Assembly (NCBI RefSeq): GCF_021028975.2
Contig: NC_059430.1
Span: forward strand, 61,256,001 to 61,320,000
Length of the DNA stretch: 64,000 nt
Direction of reading: 5' to 3'
From: Sphaerodactylus townsendi
Lineage: Eukaryota
Shown one piece after another: positions 48,700-59,812 of the stretch. The position numbers and the translations under genes are program-made. The notes below the pieces were generated by a model. The model was not told the origin of the DNA, did no database searches, and was given only the letters and a program-made list of their open reading frames with translations. Each line of letters begins with the position of its first letter. Position 1 is the stretch's first letter.

Positions 48700-49745
48700 G
48701 ACCTTTTGTCACAGGAAATAAACGTGAACGAATGCCGGGCACGCCAGATGTAACCTACTTCTAGCCGGTCTTTTACGCCCTTTCCCGTAATGCCTATCAT
48801 TGTCTAAGGAGGGCCAAAATGGTAAGGTCAATTTTGAAAATCACTTTCTGCTTCCCCTTCCATTCCCTCCAACAACTTTTGATTCCCGAAAATATGCGAC
48901 CTCGCATTGCTCTAAAACGCCAAGCTCAGAGCCTCGCACGTGGGCTTTGCCAGGGCAAAGGGGGGGTCGGGGCGGGTAAAGAGCGAGCGAGCGAGATGGC
49001 AGGCAGCCAAAAACGGCCGTTTGCCTCTGCTTCCTGAGACCAACGGGAACCCAAAGCGTTACGCCGCCTCTGCCCCCGCGGAGCAACGCTGCAACGCGGC
49101 GCGCTCCCAGGCGGCCCTTCCTTCCCTGCAGAGGCTGAAGGCGCAAAGGCGTCTATTCTGCACACGTGGGAGCTGCCCAGGAAGGCGCGGCCTGTGGCAG
49201 GTCCGGACAGGGCAAAGCGCTCGGCTGTGGACAGGGACAAGCCTCAGGTTCCCGCGGCCCACCACGGCCCCGGGGGCTGAAGGTCGTCCTCCGCGCACTC
49301 ACTTGCAGACTCTGCTTGGCTTTGCCGAGGGGGCTCCTGAAGAAAGACGTGCGGGCGGTGAAGAAAAACTCCTCGGACTCCGATTCTTCCCAGCTGCTGT
49401 AGCCGCTGCTCATGCTGCTAGTCCAAGTCATGGGCGCTGCCCGCCGCCGCTGCTCCTACCGGGGGAAGGGGGGCCGGGGCGTCCCCCCAGCCGCTTCATG
49501 GGGATCCACCGGCGCTGAACCGGCAGGAAACTTGGGTTGCTGCCGCAGCCTCTTTGGCGGCGCGCGATGACCAGACCGCTGGCAACTTTGCAGGGAGCGG
49601 GGCCGTCCCAGTTTCGCCAGCGCCGCCTCCCGCCCGGCCTGTCCCGTCCCTCCCCCGAGCCTCCCTGACTGTCTTCTCTCAACCACCTGCTTGACAACTT
49701 GGCGCTGCAATAAGGCGTCCGCTTCCGTCATTCCTTTTGCATTTG
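48700..49745 (-). promoter_or_regulatory. RASSF3: CpG island / RASSF3 promoter and 5' UTR
   Basis: Dense CpG and high GC in an otherwise CpG-depleted window; GC box (cccgccc ~49629); ETS-like CGGAAG next to a TGACG half-site on - (~49720-49731); surrounds exon 1. Confidence 0.85.
49303..49431 (-). CDS. RASSF3: RASSF3 exon 1 coding part, MTWTSSMSSGYSSWEESESEEFFFTARTSFFRSPLGKAKQSLQ
   Basis: Inside the CpG island; gtgagt donor at 49302; MSSGYSS...FFFTARTSFFR is the RASSF3 N-terminus; in phase with exon 2. The start could be Met1 (49431) or Met7 (49413). Confidence 0.95.
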
Positions 49746-50121
49746 GACTTTAACCCCCACCCCAGCAGGTAGCAGCACTCTCCAGGCTTTGATTCTGTGG
49801 ATGTGCTTGACTTTCCCCTCAGAGCGTTTTTGTCTTGAGAACACCTTCAAATCTTTGGCAATTAACTAGCCATTGTGACTTAAGATAGTCATCGTTGTGC
49901 TCTTTATAGTCATGCAAAAACGGCTCGGGAGAGAGAACAGCAAGGGTCGCCCTACACATTCCTTTTGTTGTAAAGGGCTGTTTTTTACTTTAAGAGCATC
50001 ACAGACGTCACAATAGATTTAGCTTATATATTATTCACCGAATCTCTGAATTTTTTTCCAAGCATCTTTTCCTAAAATCCTTTTATTTTGTCAGATCAAG
50101 CAAATAGATCTAGAAGAGTTT

Positions 50122-50189
50122 TGATTGAATTGCTTAAATTAATTCCACACAGGTGATGATTGAATTGCTTAAATTAATTCCACACAGGT
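50122..50189. repeat. Perfect 33-bp direct duplication
   Basis: tgattgaattgcttaaattaattccacacaggt occurs twice, separated by 2 nt. Confidence 0.9.
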
Positions 50190-50594
50190 TAATAAAAAAG
50201 AAATCACTGTTAGAATAGTGAAAGCAATGCAGCACTGTGAAACGTGGGTTGCTTATGCTCACGCATCCACTAAACTCAGTAATATTGCTAGGACTAAGCA
50301 GCACACCAGGAGTTAACTTCATTCTTATACTAATCCCGAAACAATACCTTACTTAAAGGTGCAACTGGAGTAACCAACCAAAGAATGACTCAGCCAAATA
50401 TCTTGATCAGTCCATTCTATTAAATATAATTATGTTCTGTAACTGAAAATACAAAAAGATTTTTCATAAAAGTTAAGTTCCAAGCTTTATTCTGAAATAA
50501 GTGCTCTGTCCCTTTAAATGATTGTGAACAATATGTGTTGAAACCAGTCTTATCATCAATCCACGCTATTAGACTGTTTCAGTACAATAATTTG

Positions 50595-50800
50595 AGAATC
50601 AGTATGGAATAGTGGAAGACTCATTTGAATCCCCAATAAGCCATTCAAGCTTGCCGAGTGACTTTGGTTCAGTTCCACATACTCAGCCTAACATACTTTA
50701 CAGGGTTGTTGTGAAAAATGGAAAAGAGCAAAATGTTGCAAGCTATTTTGGGTCCTGATTAGGATATAAAGGTGGGATATAAATGAAATTAAGTAAAAAA
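50595..50800 (+). mobile_element. Degenerate squamate SINE
   Basis: tttgaatcccc B-box-like motif; gtgactttggttcagt..ctcagcctaac..acagggttgttgtga core. Confidence 0.6.
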
Positions 50801-52645
50801 ATAAACACATGAATACCCTGTTCTTAAGCACATTTATTATAAATTGGAGTATAAATGAAATTAATTAAAAAATAAACACATAATAACATGAATGAACAAA
50901 TATGCTCTTAAGCACATTTGATGTAAAGCAAGTTACTAGGAGCCAGTAGGAGAGCCAGTGTGATATAGTGGTTAAAGTGTTGGACTTGGATGTGCCAAAA
51001 TACTGTGATGGCTCAGGGGGGTGCCATAGTAACAGACTGGCCCAGGAGCTGGCCTTCCATTGTGGTGCCTGTTTGAGCCGCCACCACCCCTGAACCCTGC
51101 CCCCGAACAGGTGTTGTCCCCAGGCACTATTTCCTCCCAATATGCCTCTGGTGGCAGGTAGAATGGTATAACGTCGTGCGCTAGTAAGTACTATGGACTT
51201 ATTAGAAACAATACATTAAATATCTGTCATCAGAAACAACTCTTCTGTTGCATTGGGAAGAGATATTTAAAATCATTTTAGCTTAGATGCCTTGAGTCTT
51301 CCAGAAAAAGGTGGGTTATAAATGTAATGTAATGTAATGAATAAATAAAGTCCTAAGACTCTTTAAATATGTCAGACATTTTCGACAAGTTTATAACTTT
51401 ACAGAAGGACAATTTACATTCAGTTTTTAACACTTTTTCTGATTTTGTTGTACTGCCTTTGCAAATCTCTCTTCCATTTTAAAGAACTCTGTTGTATGTA
51501 AAGCAGACATTAGATCGTATAAAGAATTTTTGAAAGGTTGCATTTACAGACAGCTAAAAACTCAGGTTTTTTTCTTGTGTATAATGGTAATTAACTGTTG
51601 CTAGTATACAATTATATCAGAAGACAACGAACATGCCCCACCCCAAGAAAACACCACCTTACAAGTCCAGCACTCTGTATTTAGAAGCACTTTGAACTTG
51701 AAATCTTTCACAAGGTTTTATTTAATACTATGAATGGTGGAGAGTAAGAAGCAGAATTATAATTATGTGTCTAAAAGAGCTCTTTAACCACAGCATCTGG
51801 TATCTTTTAACATAAATCATTTGGACTGGCAAGACTGTAAATTGTCCAGTGTAATCCAAGTATACTAAGAGCCATTTTGTCAGTTCTAACAGGTAAATGT
51901 GATCAGCTATACCTGTTGATTATCACTAGAAAATCTCAATTTAAGCATTTGATATCCACATTTTTTCAAATTTGTGCAATTATAAATTAGAAAATTCTGC
52001 TTCACAAACCTCTGACAATATTTGTCATATGATTTTCTGTAAACAGTTCAAGAGAATTTTGATTTCTATTTGTAATAAGAAGCAAGATGGTGGATGACCT
52101 TGAGTTACTCATGCAATCTCAGCCTAACCTAGTTTATTTTATTTATTTACGTTATTTATAGCCTGCCTTTCTCAGTGGAACTAAGTGAGTCAGATTACTC
52201 AGAGCGAGTCAATACAATCAACAAGAAAGGACATTCAATATACAATGGAATACGACCAGGGTAATAGGAACAATCAGAAATCTAAAAAACAGAATTGAAG
52301 TAAAGCATAAATTTTGATATGACACAATACATTAAAAGATGCAAAATTACACAACAGGATCCAGCCCGCAGCAATCTAACAGAGTAGTACAGACCAGAGC
52401 CCCTAATAATTTATTCAAGTAATTGTATGAAGACTTTGTTTGCAGTACTACCCTATTGCCTGCCACCTCTTCAATCAGAAAGAACACAGAATTACACTGG
52501 AAATGGCTCACGGCATTATTCAACAGGCAAGGAAAACGTGTCTATATTAATTGGAGAAAATTATTGCAATCTAAGCCTAACCCTCCCCCCAATTGACAGT
52601 GCATTGACAGTGGATTGAAAGTGTGTTATTCTGTGTGAGCAGAAG

Positions 52646-52872
52646 GTGGCATGCAAGGAAGAGGAGGAAGGAGGAGAGAGCCCAGAATCTGGACATGGCC
52701 CACCCACCCAAGTGGAGGGAAGGAAGGAGAGGTTTGGCATGCAAGGGAAAGAGAGTGAAGGAGGGGAGGGAGTGAGGGGTGGCATGCAATGGGGAGGGGG
52801 CCTGGCATCTGGACATGGCCCACCCTAGCAGAGGGAGGGGAGGGGGAGGGAGGAGAGAGGTGGCATGCAAGG
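52646..52872. repeat. Purine-rich minisatellite (GGCATGCAAG / tctggacatggcccaccc units)
   Basis: Four ggcatgcaa units and two tctggacatggcccaccc units are visible. Confidence 0.6.
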
Positions 52873-53999
52873 GCAATACATGATATTTAATAAGGAATAG
52901 ATAAGTTTGTGGTAATGTTTTACTGATTATAAAAGCAGTATCATTTTCATAATTGTCATAATCACTGCTTAATTTTTTCCTCAATAAATAGGTATTGTTT
53001 ATTTACTACTATAGAACAACAGTGAAATATGACTTTGTCAGTGGTTTCCTTGTTTCAGACAAGGTCATCTGAACTACACACACAAAAACAAACAAGAGCA
53101 GGTTTAACAACCTTCATTTATTTCCTTGTGCAAAGTGAAGTGATTTTGAAGCCACTTCTACACATACCCTGGAAAAGATATATTATTTTTACAATACAAT
53201 CATGAAGTTTTCCAAAGTTCTGTGAAAACACTTTGACTGAGTAACTCAAAAACATACTGTACCATTTCACAGACCATTTAGCAGTGGAATGCTATCTTTC
53301 TAATGAAACACAACATTTCATCCACCAGTGAAACCTACCAGTCAGTCTTGCTCTCATCTCAGGGAGATACTTGCTGTACTTAGATGCCACCACCAATAAG
53401 AGGTTGGTCATAATCATGCACTAACACAGCTTATTTGATCTGCTCACATGTTCCTCTGCTCTTCCTGCCTCCTGTAGTGCAAAAATCTTGTGTGAACACA
53501 TAGATCAATTGAAGGAAACTAACTCATTAATCAAGTAGAACGCATAGATGGCTTAACTCACAGAGCAGTTGGTGATCCCAGATAAGCAATGCCCTTGCTC
53601 CTGTCAAGGAAATCTGTCCCAGCAACTGGATTCCATGACATTATATCCCACTGAGGCTCCTTCCCTCCCCAAACCCTGCCTTCCCCAATTCCACCTCCAA
53701 ACCTCCAGGAATTTCCAAATCCAAAGTAGACATCACTAGCTCCACTGGAGTCAAGGAATAATATCAGTTCATTCATGAGACTGTTTAGCTGTAGAAATAT
53801 TTATATCTATCAAAGAACTTGGGTTGGCAGAGCACTTTGAATCCAACTGCTAATTCAAATCCATTGCATTAAAAAAATCTAAATAAATAAATTACAGGAA
53901 GGAATTCACTTTAGCGGTGAATGTATATTCTCCCCTATCTTCCTTTGTAAACACAGATCTAGAAATCCTCTACAATAAATGCTGTTCTGCCAAGCATTA

Positions 54000-55026
54000 T
54001 CTATATATATAAAAACCTAACGGTGACTTTGTTAGTCATGCCCTAACGCTGAAATGGCTGGATGGATCACCCCCAAATTTTCACATGACGTCCCTCCCTG
54101 TTGCGAGGAGGGAATTGGACCTTCAAATCGCCAAAAGTCCATACCTGAGCCAGGTAAAACGTCTTTTTCCTGGCGCACCAGGCCATGAAGCTGGCTGTGT
54201 TTAACTGTCACCCTTAGAATGTTCGTGCAGCATGTCTGTGGCCTGAGGGGTTGGTATGCCCTTAGAATGTTCGCGCAGATGGCCAGAGATGAGCAGTGAA
54301 AACAGTAAATAGGTAATACTGTTAGGTAATACGAGTGGAAGTGAAACACATACACACTGTGCCGTGTGAGACGTCAGGTGGGGTTCCCCCCTACACACAC
54401 ATGCAGGTAACTTTCACTCTCTGTGCCTCACCCAATACTACCACACAACACACATACTCTCATACACATCCACTTCATCCTCACACACCTCACTCTGCCC
54501 TCCCTCACATCCAACCACCACTTACCCACTTCCTCACCCATATTCGCCACAGCTCTCTTTTACTAAAAGCGAGCTAGAGTTTACCTTTTCCTTCTAAGAA
54601 AATCCACGGGGTGGGGGCGAACCAACACTACTGGCTCTGCTTCTTTTGCACGTGGCCCTTTACGAACCCAGGGAGCTGGCCTCGATCTGAGCGCCTCACC
54701 ACCCTGCTTCTGCTGCCTGACTGGGATAGCCTCCTTGCCCCAGTTCTGCCTTACCCAAGCCAGGACTGTGTGTGTCAACCAGCCTCATGGATAGCGGGAT
54801 TCGCACTCTGGACAGTTCCGTTGTGGAATGGAAAGGGTTACCTTATACTAAAAGAACAAGACACCACCATATAACAATGTGAATTGAAAAGGGAAAGAGG
54901 GATTCCATTTGACCAGCCCAAAAAAGCTATGCTGCAGATCACTGGGCCTGCATGGACATCTGTGTGGATTGCGGACTGTGATAAGAAGGACAATTGCCAC
55001 AGCAACGTGTGGCCGGGCCCCGCGAG
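54000..55026 (+). mobile_element. Non-autonomous Helitron (~1027 bp)
   Basis: Inserted between A(53999) and T(55027); 5' TCTATATATATAAAA; 3' hairpin gccaca-gcaacg-tgtggc (54996-55013) then CGAG (CTAG variant); no TSD. Confidence 0.8.
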
Positions 55027-56529
55027 TTTGCAATAAAATGAAAGTGAATGAAATATATTATTTCCTTTTCATTTTGTACCTATTTGCTAATGGTATCTTA
55101 AATACTTGGAACAATAACAGCAAGACTTTGTAGTTTAAATATAGAAACCCCAACTGCGCAAGCTTAGCATGCTTGTGAGCACCAAGAAAATTCCAACCTT
55201 TTAATGCACTGTAACTGCAATCCGATTCCTAGCATATGTCTTGAAACCAGTAAATCAATACAGACATATTTAAAAATCAGAAGTGTTTTCTGTAAGGCTA
55301 CAAAATACAATTTATTTGTAGGTAAAATGTTTTTAATTTGTAGAGATGATAATGTGAATCTCAATGAGACTGGCTAATAGAAGACATTTCAACATAACTA
55401 AGCTATAATGTGGAGCTTAGGCATATCTGGATTTCTCAAGGGTGAGAGGGAACTGAGACCATCTAATGCTCTAAGCAATTGAATAAGAGCTGGGCTGGAC
55501 ATTTGCCTTCCCTTTCTGCAGGTAATTTATAGTCTGGAAATGGCTAGAAGCATAAACCTTTGGCTTGTAGCTATGGTTGCGGAACCACCATGAGCCTTGG
55601 ATGACCTTGTAATTTATCATCTGTTTCAAGGACATATGGGGACCTGCTATATGAAAGTGTTGATGAGAAAGCCCACTTGCTCAAGCAGAACTCTGCTTGC
55701 AGAACATTGGATCTAAGCAATAACAATCAAATAGCATTTTCTAAATGTGATAGTTACAAAACTGGTTGAATAAAACAAAACTTGTAGATCTCCATTCCAA
55801 TAAAACAACAGTATACATAGGCTTATGTAGCTCAAGGATATGCGGGTGTTTCTTGAATCTCAGCCTCATCAGTCAACTCAAAGCAGACGGTATTTCTCTG
55901 TGCATATTTGCAGTTCATTATTCTTTTTGCCAAACTTGGTCATGGATACACTCTAAAAGTATTCCACACATTCCAAATGTTCGGTAGGCAAACATGACAA
56001 AATGCTAGAAAGTTAGGAAGGAAATGAAATATAGTCTGAACACAGAGCTGATTTGCGTGCAGGATACTGAATCAGCTAACTAAATGTGCCTACAAGTCTC
56101 CTGAAAAATGTGTCAAACTATAGACAGAGAACAGGAATTCCTAACTGAATCACGTTATGTAATTATAAGTAATGGAGTTTAATATTAAAGAGAATTTTCT
56201 ACATGCCAGTTCACAGAAATATTAATATATCAAATATTAAAAGGAAAGCAAGAGCAGGGTAGTTTGTTTTTGCTGAAAATCATGATAGCTTGCTAGGTGA
56301 CCTTAGGTTAGTTTCTCTCACTTTCAGTCTGCCTCCCTCACCTAACTCACAGTGTTTTTGTTTTTGAAGACAAAAATGAAAGAAGGGATGTTGTAAGCCC
56401 CTTTGGCTGCACATGCTCTGTGTGTGTGTGTGTGTGTGAGTGCGTGCCTGCGTGTGTGCGCAAATATATAAATATTACTGCTACTAGCTTATGCCAGTTT
56501 ACCAGTGTGATTTATTTTTGAGTAACCAT

Positions 56530-56647
56530 GGCGAATTCTGCATGGGCCAAAAACAGCGGTGAGAAAACAGTGTGAAAATGGTGTAAACCCTTTTGCACTG
56601 TTTTAAACTATTTTACACCATTTTCACACTGTTTTCACACCACTGTT
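56530..56647. mobile_element. Palindromic MITE remnant
   Basis: aaaacagtgtgaaaatggtgtaaa / tttacaccattttcacactgtttt inverted repeat. Confidence 0.55.
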
Positions 56648-56936
56648 ATAATCAGAGGAAGGAAATTCTCAAGTGGAGGCTTTTAATTGTTTTGAGTGCA
56701 GATGGTTTGAATCAAAGTTAGTGTACAAAACTTAAGGTCAGTGCCTGCTGCTTTAGAAGTAAGTTGGCTCTGGGTTGTTTACACTCTCTTCTGTGAGTCC
56801 TTTCATCCAATTAACACTGAAGAGAAAAGGTATGACACAGTCACAGCAGGTAGAATACAATTTGTGAGCTGCCAAAGCTACTTTGTTTGGAACTTTCATT
56901 TCAGTTCTTGAAACACTTCTGTTGAAAAGCTCTATT

Positions 56937-57328
56937 CAGAGGTGGGATCCAGCAGGTTCTCACAGGTTCCCGAGAGTAGGTTACTAATTATTTGTGTGTG
57001 TTGAGAGGGGGTTACTAATTGGTGATTTTGCCATGTGATTTTTGCCTTATTTACGCCCCTCCTCTCAGCAGTAGCGCGCAGAACTTGAAGCAGTCTAGCA
57101 GGAGGTGCACCGGCGTGCGTGGCAGCCTGCGCCTGCGTGCATTCGTTTCCTGCCCAAGGACTGGCGCAGAGGCTGCGTCCTTGCCACAGCCCCACCCAGG
57201 AATGCCCCACCCCCTAAATGCCTGGCCACGCCCCCGTTGTGCCCCACCCAGCCCCATTGGTGCTACACCACAGTTTGAATCCCACCATCATGGGAACCTG
57301 TTACTAATTTTTTTGGATCCCACCACTG
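56937..57328. mobile_element. hAT (Tip100-like) non-autonomous element, 392 bp
   Basis: Exact TSD gctctatt at 56929-56936 and 57329-57336; TIRs cagaggtgggatcc / ggatcccaccactg; longer relative of the 10666 and 34868 MITEs. Confidence 0.92.
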
Positions 57329-57341
57329 GCTCTATTGCTTG

Positions 57342-57540
57342 TTGTGTGTGTGTGTATAAAGTGCCATAAAGTCACAGGTGACTTATGGCAACCCAGTAGG
57401 GTTTTCAAGACAAGAGACTAATAGAGATGGCTTGCCAGTCCCTTCCTCTGCATAACAACCATAGTATTCCTTGATGGTCTCCCATCCAAGTACTAATGAA
57501 GGCTAATTCTGCTTAGCTTCTGATATCTGACAAGATCAGT
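57342..57540 (-). mobile_element. 5S rRNA-derived SINE with RTE/BovB-type tail and (CA)n end
   Basis: ggtctcccatccaagtactaa...ctgcttagcttctgatatctgacaagatc is the reverse of the 5S rRNA body; tail gtgccat..agtca..gacttatgg is shared with the fragment at 58288. Confidence 0.75.
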
Positions 57541-58287
57541 GTATGACCGGCCCAAGGTTACCCAGCAAATTTCTTTGGCAGAATGGGAATTTGAGCCTGG
57601 GACTTTCAGATCTTTGTCTGACATTCTAACCACTATGTCACACTGGCTTTCAATAATGTTATGGCTTGTTAGTTTCCAAATCCAATATTTTCCTTCTACA
57701 CCCATCAGAGCAACTACAGATGGAACAAAACTTCATGTCTACTGTGGTGCATGTAGCATCTTTAGAAATCCATCCACAGCCATTGAAAAGTAGATTGGGT
57801 TTGTAACAAGAATGTCTCCAGTACTACTGTACCAGATTTAGATATTTTAATGCAGTGGATTAGAACTCTGAGCCTAACCTACCTCACAAGGTTACTGAGA
57901 GGGTAAAAAATGAGAAGAGAATGGTGTGAGCTGTTTTGGCTCCCCACTGGGGAGAAATGCAGATTATGAACATAATTAATTAATTAATTCTCCCATCTGT
58001 TCCTTTAGGGAGAGGCCTGTTGGCTAGTGACTGCTAACAGAGAACACAATATCTTCACCTAAACTACCTGATCTGCATGTTCAGAATCCCATTTGTCATG
58101 TACAACAGATAGCCAGATCCAGCTGCAACTTTTCAGAACAATACTGATGCAACCACTCCAAAAACTGTGAGATGGCTCAAAGAGGTACATCTGGAAATGG
58201 AACAGCTATTCATATATCTGAATTATCCTTGTCATAAGATTCTGCATTTGCTACCTCCACCACAGTGCAGTTTAGAGAACCAAAGCA

Positions 58288-58468
58288 CTGTGTGTGTTAA
58301 GTGCCATCATATCACTTCTGGCTTATGGTAAACCGATGAATTAATGACCTCTGAAACATCTTATTGTTAACAGGTCTTGCAAATGCAGGCTGTGGCTTCC
58401 TTTATTGAGCCAGCCCATCTCATGCTGGGTCTTACTTTTTTCCTGCTGCCTTTAAACTTTTCCTAGCA
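58288..58468 (-). mobile_element. RTE-BovB 3' end fragment
   Basis: (TG)n + taagtgccatc...acttatgg tail followed by ccatctcat....ggtc...cttttcctgctgcctt, the typical RTE/BovB 3' region. Confidence 0.6.
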
Positions 58469-58932
58469 GCCAAAGAACTAAAAAATCCATTTCCTTAGTA
58501 AAACATTAAATCAGTTTCCACAGAAGGTGCTAACATGGCATGATTGTCATAGAGGGATAATAGCTGGAAGTAGCTATAACAGACATGCCAAAAGTAAGTA
58601 AGGACCTTGCCAAAAGCATAACATCGACCTCCTCCTTCCTTCTGCAAACCTTCGGCTGATGGTAGAGCACCACAGTTGTAGCCACCTTGTGGTGAGAAAT
58701 TTTGTTTTTACAACATATGTTAAGAATAGCACAAAATTATCTCACTGGGTTTAGAAGGACTGTACACAAAAGTGTTGGGTTCACAGTGTCTCATGGGCAG
58801 TATCAATGCAGAAGAACCAGAAATGTATAATATTTATAAAGTTAAAAGTAAGCACCTAGTTCCTGGCTGTTGTGGTTTTTCCAAGCTGTGCAGCAGTGAC
58901 CTGGTAGTTTTTGCCCACATCTATGGCTGCAT

Positions 58933-59612
58933 TCATGCCCTTATATAAAGCAGTGGTGCAACCGCACTTGGAGTACTGTGTCCAGTTCTGGTCGCCGCAT
59001 CTCAAAAAGGATATTGAGGAGATAGAAAAAGTGCAGAGAAGGGCAACAAGGATGATTGAGGGACTGGAGCACCTTCCCTATGAGGAGAGGCTGCAGCGTT
59101 TGGGACTCTTTAGTTTGGAGAGGAGGCGGCTGAGGGGGGATATGATTGAAGTCTACAAAATTATGCATGGGGTAGAAAATGTGGACAGAGAGAAATTTTT
59201 CTTCTTTCTCACAATACTAGAACCAGGGGGCATACATTGAAAATGCTGGAGGGAAGAATTAGGACTAATAAAAGGAAACACTTCTTCACGCAACGTGTGA
59301 TTGGTGTTTGGAATATGCTGCCACAGGAGGTGGTGATGGCCACTAACCTGGATAGCTTTAAAAGGGGCTTGGACAGATTTATGGAGGAGAAGTCGATTTA
59401 TGGCTACCAATCTTGATCCTCTTTGATCTGAGATTGCAAATGCCTTAACAGACCAGGTGATCGGGAGCAACAGCCGCAGAAGGCCATTGTGTTCACATCC
59501 TACATGTGAGCTCCCAAAGGCACCTGGTGGGCCACTGCAAGTAGCAGAGAGCTGGACTAGATGGACTTTGGTCTGATCCAGCTGGCTTGTTCTTATGTTC
59601 TTATGTTCTTAT
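58933..59612 (+). mobile_element. Young 5'-truncated CR1 LINE
   Basis: [65 protein letters not shown]; (GTTCTTAT)n tail. Confidence 0.95.
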
Positions 59613-59725
59613 CTTCAGAGGTATGTCATGATGAGATGTGTTTCTCTCTGTGTCACAGTGTGATGTGATTGTATGGAATGGGAGGAGTGAGACACATTTG
59701 CATGTGTCCAGCTGCTGTTCATGGA

Positions 59726-59812
59726 CAATTGCATTTACCATTGCATTTGCAGTCACATTCGCAACTGTATTTCTATTTGCATTCACACTTGCAACTGCAC
59801 TTGCAACTGCAT
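59726..59812. repeat. Degenerate 6-bp periodic repeat (TGCANY)n
   Basis: caattgcatttaccattgcatttgcagt...ttgcaactgcacttgcaactgcat. Confidence 0.7.

Noticed and set aside
48819-49518. Antisense ORFs (up to 192 aa) over RASSF3 exon 1
   Set aside because: Expected in a CpG island; no recognisable domain.
57476-57540. 5S rRNA gene
   Set aside because: Partial, diverged and fused to a LINE-type tail; a SINE, not a functional rRNA gene.
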